From a virus, in the IMG/VR virus record IMGVR_UViG_3300017814_000057: a stretch of 34,005 bases of DNA; one strand, 5' to 3'. A program made the position numbers and the translations under genes. Under the pieces are notes generated by a model that saw nothing but the letters and a program-made list of their open reading frames with translations, was not told the origin of the DNA and did no database searches. The first letter of the stretch is position 1, and every line of letters begins with the position of its first letter. This document shows, in pieces, positions 7,875-17,750 of the stretch.

Positions 7875-9555
7875 ACTGTTGAAACTTCGCAAAGAACGCA
7901 AAGAAAAAGAAAACGATCTGAACAAGATCAGAGATAAGCAGGCTGATTATCAAAAGCGTGAAGAGGAACTTGAAACAGCTCTCGGTGAAGCCGAATCCGA
8001 TGAAGACATCAAGGTCATTGAAGACGATATAGCGCAGCTGGAAAAAGAAGAAGGTGAAGAGGATCTCAGCGCCGCCGCCGCAAAACTGGAATCGGAAATA
8101 GAAAACATTAATTCCCAGATAACTGACATAGAAGAAAAGACCAAACGCGCAGCGGGAACAGATCCGACTCCTGGCGATGGTGAAGAAAAGAAAGGAGAAA
8201 AAAGAGAAATGGCAATAATGACAAAAAAGAGATATAAAGATATGACATTCCAGGAGAGGGAAGTATTTACAGAGAGAGAAGATGTCAAAGCTTTTCTCTC
8301 GGATGTGAAAAATACTCTCGGTAAAAAAGAGAGAGCAGTAAGCGGTGTTGATGTAACCATACCTCCCATAGTAGTAGATCTGCTCCGCCCGGAGATACAG
8401 ACATCATCCAAATTGCTGAGTCGTGTATATTCACGATCGGTGAAAGGCACTGCCAGACAGGAAGTAATGGGTACCATACCTGAAGCCGTATGGACAGAAA
8501 TGACCGGAGCACTTAATGAACTCGATCTGCAGTTCTATCTTGCAGAAGTGGATGGATATAAGGTCGGCGGGTTTGTTCCTATCGCAAACTCATATCTTGA
8601 AGACAGCGATGTAGCGCTCATGGACGAAATAATGAGCACCCTCGGATCCTGTATCGGATATGGCCTCGACAAAGCCATGGTATATGGCACCGGAAACAAG
8701 CAGCCTCTCGGAATAATAACCAGACTCGCACAGACATCAGAGCCATCCGATTATTCTGACAAGATGCCGCCATGGGTCGATCTGCATACGTCACATATAC
8801 TCAAAGCATCCAGCAACAGCCTTACAGGACAGCAGCTTTTCGGCGAAATGGCGATAGCCTTTGCCAACTGTAATACAAAATATGCACAGGGACAGGACAA
8901 GATATATCTGATGAACGAGACCACAAAGGGGAAACTGCTGGCTAAACTGATAAGCTTCGACGCATCCGGTACGCTGGTAGCCTCTATCAATAACCAGATG
9001 CCGGCTCTCGGAGGAGAGATCATCACACTTGATTTCATGGATGATGATGATATTCTCGGCGGATATTTCAAACCATATCTGCTGGCTGAACGTGCAGGCG
9101 CCAAGATGGCCATATCGGATCAGGTCAGGTTCATCGAAGATCAGACAGTATTCAAGGGAACGGCAAGATACGACGGATGTCCTGTTATAGCTGATTCATG
9201 GGTGCTGTTCAGCATCACCACATCTGCAGCAGCTACAGCATCGACATTCCCTGAGGACTCTGCCAATACTCCGATAGGACTGCTTATAGTAACATCGGCA
9301 GCAGGAACCGCCACCGGCGATACAAAACTTACAGTATCGCCTGCACTTACATACGGCAATACCTATAAATACAAGATAGCATCAGATATTGCCGTACCTA
9401 AATACGGAGAAAAACTCGGAAGTACATGGACCATATGGGACGGCAGCGCAGATATCACAGCAGCGACAGGATCTTATCTTGTGCTTGCAGAGTGTAAATC
9501 CGGAAAGGCTGTCAAAGCCGGCATAACTGCCGTAACAGCAAAAGCAGCAGCCTGA
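7867..9555 (+). CDS. Major capsid protein (HK97 fold) with N-terminal coiled-coil delta/scaffold domain and C-terminal Ig-like extension
   Basis: 562 aa. The N-terminal ~120 aa are E/K-rich, followed by a central capsid-like core. The C-terminal ~110 aa are TSAAGTATGDTKLTVSPALTYGNTYKYKI... Confidence 0.85.
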   Translation: MLKLLKLRKERKEKENDLNKIRDKQADYQKREEELETALGEAESDEDIKVIEDDIAQLEKEEGEEDLSAAAAKLESEIENINSQITDIEEKTKRAAGTDPTPGDGEEKKGEKREMAIMTKKRYKDMTFQEREVFTEREDVKAFLSDVKNTLGKKERAVSGVDVTIPPIVVDLLRPEIQTSSKLLSRVYSRSVKGTARQEVMGTIPEAVWTEMTGALNELDLQFYLAEVDGYKVGGFVPIANSYLEDSDVALMDEIMSTLGSCIGYGLDKAMVYGTGNKQPLGIITRLAQTSEPSDYSDKMPPWVDLHTSHILKASSNSLTGQQLFGEMAIAFANCNTKYAQGQDKIYLMNETTKGKLLAKLISFDASGTLVASINNQMPALGGEIITLDFMDDDDILGGYFKPYLLAERAGAKMAISDQVRFIEDQTVFKGTARYDGCPVIADSWVLFSITTSAAATASTFPEDSANTPIGLLIVTSAAGTATGDTKLTVSPALTYGNTYKYKIASDIAVPKYGEKLGSTWTIWDGSADITAATGSYLVLAECKSGKAVKAGITAVTAKAAA

Positions 9556-9574
9556 TAAACGATAGGAGAAAATC

Positions 9575-9847
9575 ATGAGTATGGATGATGTGCTTGTGCT
9601 TGTAAAAGCGGATCTTGGTATAAAATCTTCTGCCAGAGACCCATTCCTGACTAAAATGATTAACGGAATGAAAACGGAAATCGAAGGAAAGGGCATAACA
9701 CTTGACCTCGAAAGCCCCGAAGATCAGATGCTGCTCAATGATTATGCAGCCTGGAGATATCGACACAGAAGTGAAGACGCAGGCTTGCCTGAGCATCTAA
9801 GATACCGCATAAGGAACCGCATAGTGAAAGGCAGAGCAAATGGGTAA
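9575..9847 (+). CDS. Head-tail connector (gp6-like)
   Basis: 90 aa, the first gene after the capsid gene, with an LVKADLGI...DPFLTKMINGMKTEIE pattern. Confidence 0.6.
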   Translation: MSMDDVLVLVKADLGIKSSARDPFLTKMINGMKTEIEGKGITLDLESPEDQMLLNDYAAWRYRHRSEDAGLPEHLRYRIRNRIVKGRANG

Positions 9848-10142
9848 AACAATATCCCTTGATTCTGAATGTATACTCATCGAAACCAGTGGAAACAGCA
9901 AACTTGCTGGCAGCGAACCGTCTGAACCATCTCAGACGGTTTTCTGTCAGAAGGTGCCGATATCACAGTCTGAGTTCAATGCAGCCGGAGAATCAGGAAT
10001 AAAAAGTGAAGTAGAACTGATCGTATCGACATACGATTATTCAGGACAGAAAAAGGTGGAATTTGAAGATCAGACATATGAAGTATATCGTAATTACCCC
10101 CGTGATGATGAATATACGGAACTGTATCTGAAGGTGAAATGA
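9840..10142 (+). CDS. Head closure / head-tail adaptor protein
   Basis: 100 aa. Synteny and the ISQSEFNAAGESGIKSEVELIV...YEVYRNY pattern support the call. Confidence 0.6.
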   Translation: MGKTISLDSECILIETSGNSKLAGSEPSEPSQTVFCQKVPISQSEFNAAGESGIKSEVELIVSTYDYSGQKKVEFEDQTYEVYRNYPRDDEYTELYLKVK

Positions 10143-10510
10143 TGGGTTCAGGAATCATTGAAATAGGAGAACTGTCTGCAGCAATCGCAAGAGAGCTTGA
10201 GACGTATACAGAAGAAATAGGGGAAATCGCAACGCGCGATGCTTCGAAAATAGCGGATGAGACAGTAGCCGAGCTCAAGGAAAAATCACCCCATAAAACC
10301 GGTGATTATGCCAAAAGCTGGAAAAAGAGCAAAAAAGGCAAATCATACATAGTCCATTCCGCTCTTCCACGCCCATTGGAAAAAGGCCATGCCGGTCCGA
10401 ACGGAAAAGGAAGGAGCACGCCTGCGCATGAGCATATTGCGCCTGTGGAGGAAAAGTATACCAAGAAGTATGAAGATAAGGTCAGGGAGGACATAAATGA
10501 CATACGCTGA
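10139..10510 (+). CDS. HK97 gp10-family tail-completion/neck protein
   Basis: KEKSPHKTGDYAKSWKK matches the gp10-family signature (sP.kTG.y..sW). Confidence 0.65.
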   Translation: MMGSGIIEIGELSAAIARELETYTEEIGEIATRDASKIADETVAELKEKSPHKTGDYAKSWKKSKKGKSYIVHSALPRPLEKGHAGPNGKGRSTPAHEHIAPVEEKYTKKYEDKVREDINDIR

Positions 10511-10820
10511 ATTTGAAGCACAACTGAAAACGTTAGGATTGCCTGTAGCATATGCATGTTTCGATGAGGAACAGGATCCTACAACGGATTATATATGCTA
10601 TATCACAGACGATGAGACAATACTATATGCTGATAATTCGGTTAAACTGACAAAGGACGTTATCCGAATAGAATTGTATACCCGTCAAAAAAATTCTGCC
10701 CAGGAATCGGCAATGGAAACTCTGCTTTCTTCGAATCATCTCAACTGGAGAAAAGATCCTGATGAGTGGCTTGAAAACGAAGCCGTATTCATGATTTGTT
10801 ATTACACCACGATCAATTAA
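10497..10820 (+). CDS. Tail terminator / tail-completion protein
   Basis: 107 aa, called from its position just upstream of the major tail protein. Confidence 0.45.
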   Translation: MTYAEFEAQLKTLGLPVAYACFDEEQDPTTDYICYITDDETILYADNSVKLTKDVIRIELYTRQKNSAQESAMETLLSSNHLNWRKDPDEWLENEAVFMICYYTTIN

Positions 10821-10846
10821 AAAAAGTAATCGAAAGGAGATAAAAA

Positions 10847-11665
10847 ATGCCTAATCAGATAAGATATGGACTTAGTTCATGTTACTACTCTACGATCACA
10901 ATCGCAACAGACGGAAGCATCACATTCGGAACGCCAGTGGCTATGCCTGGAGCAAAAAGCCTGAAGGCAGATCCGAAAGGTGACACAAACGAACTGTATG
11001 CCGACAACAAGTTGTTCTTTGTGAAAGCCAGCAATAATGGCTATGATGTAGAACTCGAACTTACTGAGACACCGGAAACATTCAGAAAAACCTGTCTCGG
11101 GGAGGTGCTTGACGCACATGACGTGCTGGTCGAAAAGGATAATGTGGAAATCCCGCATTTCGCTCTATTCTGGCAGTTCGAAGGGGACTTGAAAGCAACA
11201 AGACATTGCATGCCTTACAGCATCGCATCCAGACTGAGTGAAGAGGGTCAGACCACGGAGGACAAGATCGACTTTGGTTCGTCTACGATCAAGTGTACAG
11301 GACAGCCGATCAACAATGTCGTCAAGTACAGAACGTGTGCAGACACTGATGCTGATATTTATGCCAACTGGTTCACGGCTCCTACATTCCCGGTTTTTCC
11401 TGACATGACGGTCAGTCCTGAAGAGGCCACTTATGCAGATGCAGATGTGGTGCTGGCTGTCACCGGCGGAGTGATAGATACTCTCAAGATAGGCGGAGCT
11501 ACTGTATCATCGGACAACTATACTGTAGTTACAACATCATCCGGATGCACGCTCACGATCAAGTCTACCTACCTGGCCATGCTGGCAACTGGACATAAGT
11601 ATTTCAAACTTATGTCCGGCACAAAGTACGTTATATTCGAACTCGATATCGAGGAGGCCGCATAA
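10847..11665 (+). CDS. Major tail (tube) protein with C-terminal Ig-like domain
   Basis: 272 aa, with a strong RBS (AAAGGAGA), upstream of the chaperone pair. The C-terminal ~85 aa are a beta-rich repeat-like domain (VSPEEATY...TLTIKSTYL...). Confidence 0.7.
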   Translation: MPNQIRYGLSSCYYSTITIATDGSITFGTPVAMPGAKSLKADPKGDTNELYADNKLFFVKASNNGYDVELELTETPETFRKTCLGEVLDAHDVLVEKDNVEIPHFALFWQFEGDLKATRHCMPYSIASRLSEEGQTTEDKIDFGSSTIKCTGQPINNVVKYRTCADTDADIYANWFTAPTFPVFPDMTVSPEEATYADADVVLAVTGGVIDTLKIGGATVSSDNYTVVTTSSGCTLTIKSTYLAMLATGHKYFKLMSGTKYVIFELDIEEAA

Positions 11666-12051
11666 TGCCGCAGCAGACAATAAAAATAAGCGGGCGGAAA
11701 ATTGTATTAAAAGCCTCGGGGGCAACTCCGAGGCTTTATGCAGTTAAATTTGAAAACGCCGACATATTCCAGGACATAAGAAAGATGAGCGAGGAATGCA
11801 AAACGGCCATCAAGGAAAACAGAAATTTTAAGGCCGAAGAAATGCGTATTCTCGAAAACCTTATTTATATCCTCATTGAACCTGAATGCGATACCCCGGA
11901 AGAGCTGCTGTCGCAGTTTACAGAAGGGGATAAATATATTTTCATAAACCCGATAATCAATCTGTGGAACGAAAATATGAAAACCACAGTAGATTCCGGA
12001 AAAACAAAAAAAAAAATAACAGACCGACTTCGGCAGCTCTTTACCTGCTGA
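11665..12051 (+). CDS. Tail assembly chaperone G
   Basis: 128 aa, between the tube and tape-measure genes. Confidence 0.75.
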   Translation: MPQQTIKISGRKIVLKASGATPRLYAVKFENADIFQDIRKMSEECKTAIKENRNFKAEEMRILENLIYILIEPECDTPEELLSQFTEGDKYIFINPIINLWNENMKTTVDSGKTKKKITDRLRQLFTC

Positions 12052-12191
12052 GGTGTATTGAAATCGGCATTGCGATCCGTGATCTTGAATATCTGACGGT
12101 CGGACTCATATTCGATATGTTCGAAGAACGCGATATCGATGCGAATGGATATGTGCGCAATGCCACTCAGGATGATTTTGATAATTTTTAA
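11665..12191 (+). CDS. Tail assembly chaperone GT (-1 programmed frameshift product)
   Basis: The -1 frame ORF 11964..12191 overlaps the 3' end of G. The two frames are joined by an 11-A run. Confidence 0.65.
12006..12016 (+). promoter_or_regulatory. Slippery A11 tract for the G/GT -1 frameshift
   Basis: The sequence is gga aaa aca aaa aaa aaa ata. The zero frame reads KTKKKI and the -1 frame reads ...KKKNNRPTS. Confidence 0.65.
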
Positions 12192-12202
12192 GGGGATATA
12201 AA

Positions 12203-15200
12203 ATGTCTGGAAACATAAAAGGTATAACAATTGAATTCGGTGGCAACGCCACACCGCTGGAAAAAGCGCTTAAGGACATAAACGGTCAGTCAAAAAAGAC
12301 TCAAAGCGAACTTACCAAGGTAAATAAGCTGCTCAAACTCGACCCTTCGAACACTGTACTGCAGAAACAGAAGCAGGAGCTGCTTACAAAAGAGATCGGG
12401 AACACTTCTACCAAGCTTAAGGCTTTAAAAGATGCAGAAGTTCAGGTAAACGAAGCATTCAAAAACGGAGAAGTTTCCGAAGAGCAGGTGAGAGATCTCC
12501 AGCGTGAAATCGTGAAAACCGACGACAAGCTCAAAACATTAAAAAAAGAACAGATTGAATTCAATGCCTCTGTTTCAAAACTCGGTCAGGCGTCAACGAA
12601 ACTCGATAATTTCAGCAAAAAAACCACTACTGCAGGACAGAATCTGTCTTCCCTGTCGCTGGTCATAGCTGGCCTTGCCGCCGGAGCTGTAGTAGCATTC
12701 GACGAAGTCGACGAGGGAATGGATAAAATCATCGAATCTACCGGCGCCACCGGCGACGCCGCGAAAGACCTTGAGAATGTATATAACTATGTCACCAGCA
12801 AGATTGCTGGGGACTTTACCAGTCTCGGCTCCGGGATAGCAGAAATATATAAAAGATTTAACCTCACCGGAAAAGAACTGAAAAAATCATCAGTCCTATT
12901 TGCAGAATTCGCAAGGATAACCGATACGGACATGACAGAAGCCGTGCAGTTGGTAGCACGCGCCATGGGCGACGCCGGCATCAAGAGCAAGGATTATAAC
13001 AAGGTTCTTGACGCTCTGACTGTAGCATACCAGAAAAGCGGCATAGCCGTATCCACACTGGCAGAAGACATAACAAAATACGGTGCTCCCATGCGTGCAT
13101 TAGGATTTAACACCAAAACATCGATAGCTTTATTTGCATCATGGGAAAAGGCCGGAGTCAATACGTCTATAGCATTTTCCGGAATGAAAAAAGCTATAAG
13201 TAATTTTGCGAAAGCCGGCAAAGACTCAAGAGTTGAGTTCGCCAAAACTCTGAAGGATATAAAGAGTGCGCCTACCCTGGCAGAAGCAACAACCAAGGCA
13301 ATAGAAATATTTGGAGCCAAGGCAGGTCCCGACCTTGCCGACGCAATATATGAAGGCCGTTTTTCCATAGACGAAATGATAAGTGCGCTTGACAAGTCTG
13401 ATGGCGCGGTAAAAAAAACATATAACAATATAGTTGATGAGGCAGACGCTGCCAAAGTCACCGTGCAGGCCAGCAAAAAAGCTCTTGCACAGGTAGGTTA
13501 TACATTATTGAGCTCTCTTTCTCCAGCGATCAAAGGCGCGACAAAGGATCTTGATAAGTTTACAGAGTGGTGGGCGAAGCTGCCGAAAAGCATACAGAAA
13601 ACAATAACAGTCACCGGCCTTGCTGCTGGTGCTGCTGGCCCCGCCCTTATAACCCTCGGCAGAGTAGCATCCGGACTGTCTGTAATAACAGGCAGACTGT
13701 CAAAACTCAAAGAAAAAGAAGCTGCAGCCGATGTCTCTGTAGGAACAAGCACCAGCATGTTCTCAAAGCTGTGGGGCGTGCTTAGAGCGCATCCAATGGT
13801 CGCTGTAGGCATTGCCGCCGGCGCGCTTGCTTTTCAGATCGCCAGGGTAACTATTGCAGGCGGCGAAGCGAACCTTGAATATAATAAACTCCATAAGACC
13901 ATGCAGGCATCTGTACAGGACGCAAAAGATGAATCTGCCAGCAATCTGGTATTATGGCAGCGACTGAAAAAATTAAACAGCATACACGACAAAACAAATT
14001 CACAAAAAGCTGAAGAGTCCGGGATCGTAAAGATACTTAATTCACGCATCGATGGACTGAACTTAAAATATGATGAAGAAAAAGATGCACTTAGCGATTC
14101 AACGGATGCAATCTATGACAATATACAGGCCATGAAAGATCAGGCTCTTGCCGCGGCATATGAAGCGGCTATGGAAAAAATCCAGAAATCCATAGCGAGC
14201 AATTCTGTCAAACTGGCCAAGGCAAAACAGGCCGAAAAAAAAGCTGAAGATGAACTTACCGCAGCCAGAGAGCGCGGAGTAAAAGGTAGAGGACTTTCTT
14301 CATATGAATCGAAAGTCGCAACCGCCAAAGCAAAAGTAAAAGATCTGCAGACCACGATAGATAAAAGCGAAAACGATCTGGATAGTTATGGTAAATCCTT
14401 TTCATTACAAAGCACAATAGCGGAGTTTGATAAACTTGTCCAAAAAGCCAAACTCTCCGGCAGTGATATCCCAAAAGCATTAAGATCTGGGATTGAATCT
14501 GGAAAAATATCTATCCCTGAGTCAGTCAAAGCCCTAAAAGCTACGATTAAATTTTATGACCTTGCCGAAAAGGCAAAAATCGATGGTAAGAAAATACCCG
14601 CAGCTCTTGCCAGCGCAGTAGCATCAGGAAAAATATCTGTACAGACAGCAATGTCACGTCTGAAAAAATGGATTGTCATAAAAGATGTAGCTGCAAAGAT
14701 GGGCATTGATTCCAAAGATATACCTAAAAATATTAAAAATGGAATTTTATCTGGAAAAACAAGCGTAAAAGATGCGACAAAGGCATTAAAAAAAGAAGCC
14801 AATAAAGGCATGGAATCATCCGGAAACGATGGCAAACAAAGAGGAAAAGAATATGTCAAAGGATATACCAATTCAATAATAAATGGAATAAAAAGTGCAT
14901 TTTCCGCTACTTATAAACTGGCCCAGGCCGCAGTAAAAGGTACCAAGGCAGGGCAGAAGTCTCATTCACCATCAAAATTAGCTGGTAAAGAAGGAGACAA
15001 TTACGACCTCGGCTATTATAATCATATACTTGCCGGACAGAAAGCAATATATAAAGCCGGATATGGTGTGCCAACCGCAGCATTGAAGGGCACAGCAGAT
15101 GCAATAAAATCATTGAATATGGATAAAGCGGTCTCGGCGCTGTCTATTCCTGTGGCATCTCCTAAGTTAAATATCAATACCGGAGCCATAGCTCAAAGCA

Positions 15201-15367
15201 TAGGCAATGAAGTAGCCAATGCTGTTACCGTTCCTATCGCCGCGGCATCCGCAAATAATGTAAATATACCATCACAGATAAAGATTGTCTCGGAAATAGG
15301 TGGCGTAAAAGTAGCAGAACAGATAGTAAAACTTTATGATTCCGGTAAAAAAGTAAAGGGTAACTGA
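12203..15367 (+). CDS. Tape measure protein
   Basis: 1054 aa, coiled-coil and Ala-rich with central hydrophobic segments. It follows the G/GT pair. Confidence 0.9.
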   Translation: MSGNIKGITIEFGGNATPLEKALKDINGQSKKTQSELTKVNKLLKLDPSNTVLQKQKQELLTKEIGNTSTKLKALKDAEVQVNEAFKNGEVSEEQVRDLQREIVKTDDKLKTLKKEQIEFNASVSKLGQASTKLDNFSKKTTTAGQNLSSLSLVIAGLAAGAVVAFDEVDEGMDKIIESTGATGDAAKDLENVYNYVTSKIAGDFTSLGSGIAEIYKRFNLTGKELKKSSVLFAEFARITDTDMTEAVQLVARAMGDAGIKSKDYNKVLDALTVAYQKSGIAVSTLAEDITKYGAPMRALGFNTKTSIALFASWEKAGVNTSIAFSGMKKAISNFAKAGKDSRVEFAKTLKDIKSAPTLAEATTKAIEIFGAKAGPDLADAIYEGRFSIDEMISALDKSDGAVKKTYNNIVDEADAAKVTVQASKKALAQVGYTLLSSLSPAIKGATKDLDKFTEWWAKLPKSIQKTITVTGLAAGAAGPALITLGRVASGLSVITGRLSKLKEKEAAADVSVGTSTSMFSKLWGVLRAHPMVAVGIAAGALAFQIARVTIAGGEANLEYNKLHKTMQASVQDAKDESASNLVLWQRLKKLNSIHDKTNSQKAEESGIVKILNSRIDGLNLKYDEEKDALSDSTDAIYDNIQAMKDQALAAAYEAAMEKIQKSIASNSVKLAKAKQAEKKAEDELTAARERGVKGRGLSSYESKVATAKAKVKDLQTTIDKSENDLDSYGKSFSLQSTIAEFDKLVQKAKLSGSDIPKALRSGIESGKISIPESVKALKATIKFYDLAEKAKIDGKKIPAALASAVASGKISVQTAMSRLKKWIVIKDVAAKMGIDSKDIPKNIKNGILSGKTSVKDATKALKKEANKGMESSGNDGKQRGKEYVKGYTNSIINGIKSAFSATYKLAQAAVKGTKAGQKSHSPSKLAGKEGDNYDLGYYNHILAGQKAIYKAGYGVPTAALKGTADAIKSLNMDKAVSALSIPVASPKLNINTGAIAQSIGNEVANAVTVPIAAASANNVNIPSQIKIVSEIGGVKVAEQIVKLYDSGKKVKGN

Positions 15368-15368
15368 T

Positions 15369-15722
15369 ATGAAGATAAACGGAACTGAAATAATAAACTG
15401 CAATGATCTGAACCCTCAGCGGGAAACGGTATTGTCCGGGGAATATACGACATGCAATGGTGAGACCAGAGCCGATGTTGTTGGATGGAAATATTCAGAT
15501 CTGACTCTTGCGTGGGATGCGTTGCCGGAAACGGAACTACTGAAGATATATGCTGCATCCGGAGAAACGGCATTCACATTCCAGGATCCGGTTGACGGCG
15601 AAGTTACTGAAAATGTAATTGTAACAATCAAAAGTCCGGTGCAGTGCAGGTTTATAGAAAATGGCATAGCACTATGGAAAAATATATCAGTTACGGTGAG
15701 GTTCCTTGATGCACACAATTGA
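15369..15722 (+). CDS. Short distal-tail-like structural protein
   Basis: 117 aa, immediately after the tape measure. Called on position only. Confidence 0.4.
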   Translation: MKINGTEIINCNDLNPQRETVLSGEYTTCNGETRADVVGWKYSDLTLAWDALPETELLKIYAASGETAFTFQDPVDGEVTENVIVTIKSPVQCRFIENGIALWKNISVTVRFLDAHN

Positions 15723-17370
15723 TACTGAAAACTCAAAAAAAATACGTCATAAAATGGAAGTCATTTGCGGTCTTGACGCAGCCAGCGGAGTGACCGGCAC
15801 CGTAACAGCTACAGGCGCATATGCATTAGACAGCAATAAGATACAGGATATAGGCCTTATACCGAAACTTGCGGATCTCGCAGGAGACGGATTCCCCCTG
15901 GATGGCAGCCGGGCATGCTATTCCGACTCTCCGGATGAACTCACGAAATATGGATATCAGAGTGCGGACATAGCCGATGAAGACGGAGATCTGAGCACCC
16001 CATTGGTTATAACAGTAACGGCATCTGATTTGGGCGAAATTACAATCATATTTGAAGAAATGTCTACATTTGGTTTTTCGTATCAGCTTGATTCCGGATC
16101 AGCCGTAGAAAAAGATGTCGCAGATCGGATAATGCTTGACTGCACCGGACATGCTTCTTTGGTTATAACCATAGATAAATGGACCCCTGGATCCCGCGCA
16201 AAACTGGCCCGGATATTCATGGGTAAATGCTATCAGTTCAATAACGATAATCTTGTGTCATGCATTCTGACACTTCGTGCTGGATTAACAGTAGAACCGA
16301 CATTACCCTTTTCAGAAATTGAAATCCAAGGACATATTATGAATGACATATCAGATGAGATATCATATATACCAGATAATTCGCCAATATGGTATTCCTC
16401 CGGATATCCAGGAGACATGTCAGCAATGCGTAAATTTTATCTCCAGAAAGAAATACCAATCGAATATAATGATAAAATTGCTGTCATAAAAGGTTATGAC
16501 GAAACATATAAGTTGGATTCAGATTTTCTGGCACAATATGTAACATTAAATTATGGATATTCAAAGCGTGATTTATACCGGCTTTTCAAAGCAATACTTA
16601 CTGCAGCTGGAATAACTTATACTGCTGAAAGCGAGCCAACCGGCGCATCTGGATATGCAGATAATTATTTTCTATTTAAAGACAGCACCAGACGTGATGT
16701 TATAGCATTTCTACAAAATCTTATACCGATAAGATTTGTAGATGCCGGAATCCCATATCTCTTCCATTCTGCGTCACGGCATAATGTATGGAGAATAAAT
16801 GATTATTCAAAAGTAGAAAATGAAATAGAACAACATATAAATGAAATCCTTGTAAAATGTTATAGCGCACTTGAAAATGCAACATCTGAAACAATAGAAA
16901 CTGTAACCGCAACAACTGGAGAATTTTTTGAACAGACATATTCGGACTATTACACTGGCATATCTGTTACCAATGCAATAGTACATTCGGTTGGACTTAA
17001 TTATGTCACATTCAAAGCATTAAGTAACGGAGATTGTGTAGTCACAGGAAAGCTAATTGAAATATATAAAGACACCGATGAATACAATGTTGTAGACGAC
17101 AAGGAAGGAAGACAGGCAGACTTTTCAAGCATATGGGATGTTGACTTTATCTGTTCTGGAGAATTGTCTTATTTAGATTATGTTCAACAGCTGTTAAATC
17201 GATCAAGCAAAAAAAGAAAATTCACATGGAAAGGAGATCCGCGCATGATGCCGTTTGATGTAATATATTTGGGAACAGATGATACTCCATATACAATAGA
17301 GTCAATGACATTAGAACATAGCGGCGGCGGATTGAGCAGCCAGATCGAAGTGAGAGAGGGAGTAATCTGA
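15706..17370 (+). CDS. Tail-associated / baseplate hub protein (Tal-like)
   Basis: 554 aa in the second position after the tape measure. No enzymatic motif was recognised. Confidence 0.55.
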   Translation: MMHTIDTENSKKIRHKMEVICGLDAASGVTGTVTATGAYALDSNKIQDIGLIPKLADLAGDGFPLDGSRACYSDSPDELTKYGYQSADIADEDGDLSTPLVITVTASDLGEITIIFEEMSTFGFSYQLDSGSAVEKDVADRIMLDCTGHASLVITIDKWTPGSRAKLARIFMGKCYQFNNDNLVSCILTLRAGLTVEPTLPFSEIEIQGHIMNDISDEISYIPDNSPIWYSSGYPGDMSAMRKFYLQKEIPIEYNDKIAVIKGYDETYKLDSDFLAQYVTLNYGYSKRDLYRLFKAILTAAGITYTAESEPTGASGYADNYFLFKDSTRRDVIAFLQNLIPIRFVDAGIPYLFHSASRHNVWRINDYSKVENEIEQHINEILVKCYSALENATSETIETVTATTGEFFEQTYSDYYTGISVTNAIVHSVGLNYVTFKALSNGDCVVTGKLIEIYKDTDEYNVVDDKEGRQADFSSIWDVDFICSGELSYLDYVQQLLNRSSKKRKFTWKGDPRMMPFDVIYLGTDDTPYTIESMTLEHSGGGLSSQIEVREGVI

Positions 17371-17750
17371 TGGCTTGGATAACACCTGTTACAGGCAGAA
17401 AATCCGACAGGATCAAAATGACCCATGACGATATGAACCGGATCTCCGGAAATTGTCAGTATCTGCTGAATGCGTTGTCAGCTGTCGGGCTGCTTGGGGA
17501 TGCGGAAGTCAAAACATCCTGGATAAATGACGAGATCATTTATCTTCCTGACTGGCAGAAAATAGTACGGAAAACAAATAGTATAAAAACGCAGCTTGAG
17601 ATTTCGACCGATTCAGTCGCGATCGATTTTTCATATGAGAACATAAATCAAATTGAAACAATCCATGCTTTGGCCAAAGCCGTCATGACACCTGCAGCAG
17701 ATTCGTTCTATTCCGGCGAAGGCTATTCAGGGGAAGGAGTGATTTTCTGA
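17370..17750 (+). CDS. Baseplate/tail accessory protein
   Basis: 126 aa, translationally coupled on both sides (TGATG overlaps). Confidence 0.4.
   Translation: MAWITPVTGRKSDRIKMTHDDMNRISGNCQYLLNALSAVGLLGDAEVKTSWINDEIIYLPDWQKIVRKTNSIKTQLEISTDSVAIDFSYENINQIETIHALAKAVMTPAADSFYSGEGYSGEGVIF

Noticed and set aside
7950-8477. 175-aa Ser-rich minus-strand ORF, and similar antisense ORFs within capsid, tape-measure, terminase and tail genes
   Set aside because: All lie antisense to strongly supported structural genes. They have skewed, low-complexity composition, lack ribosome-binding sites and have no operon context.
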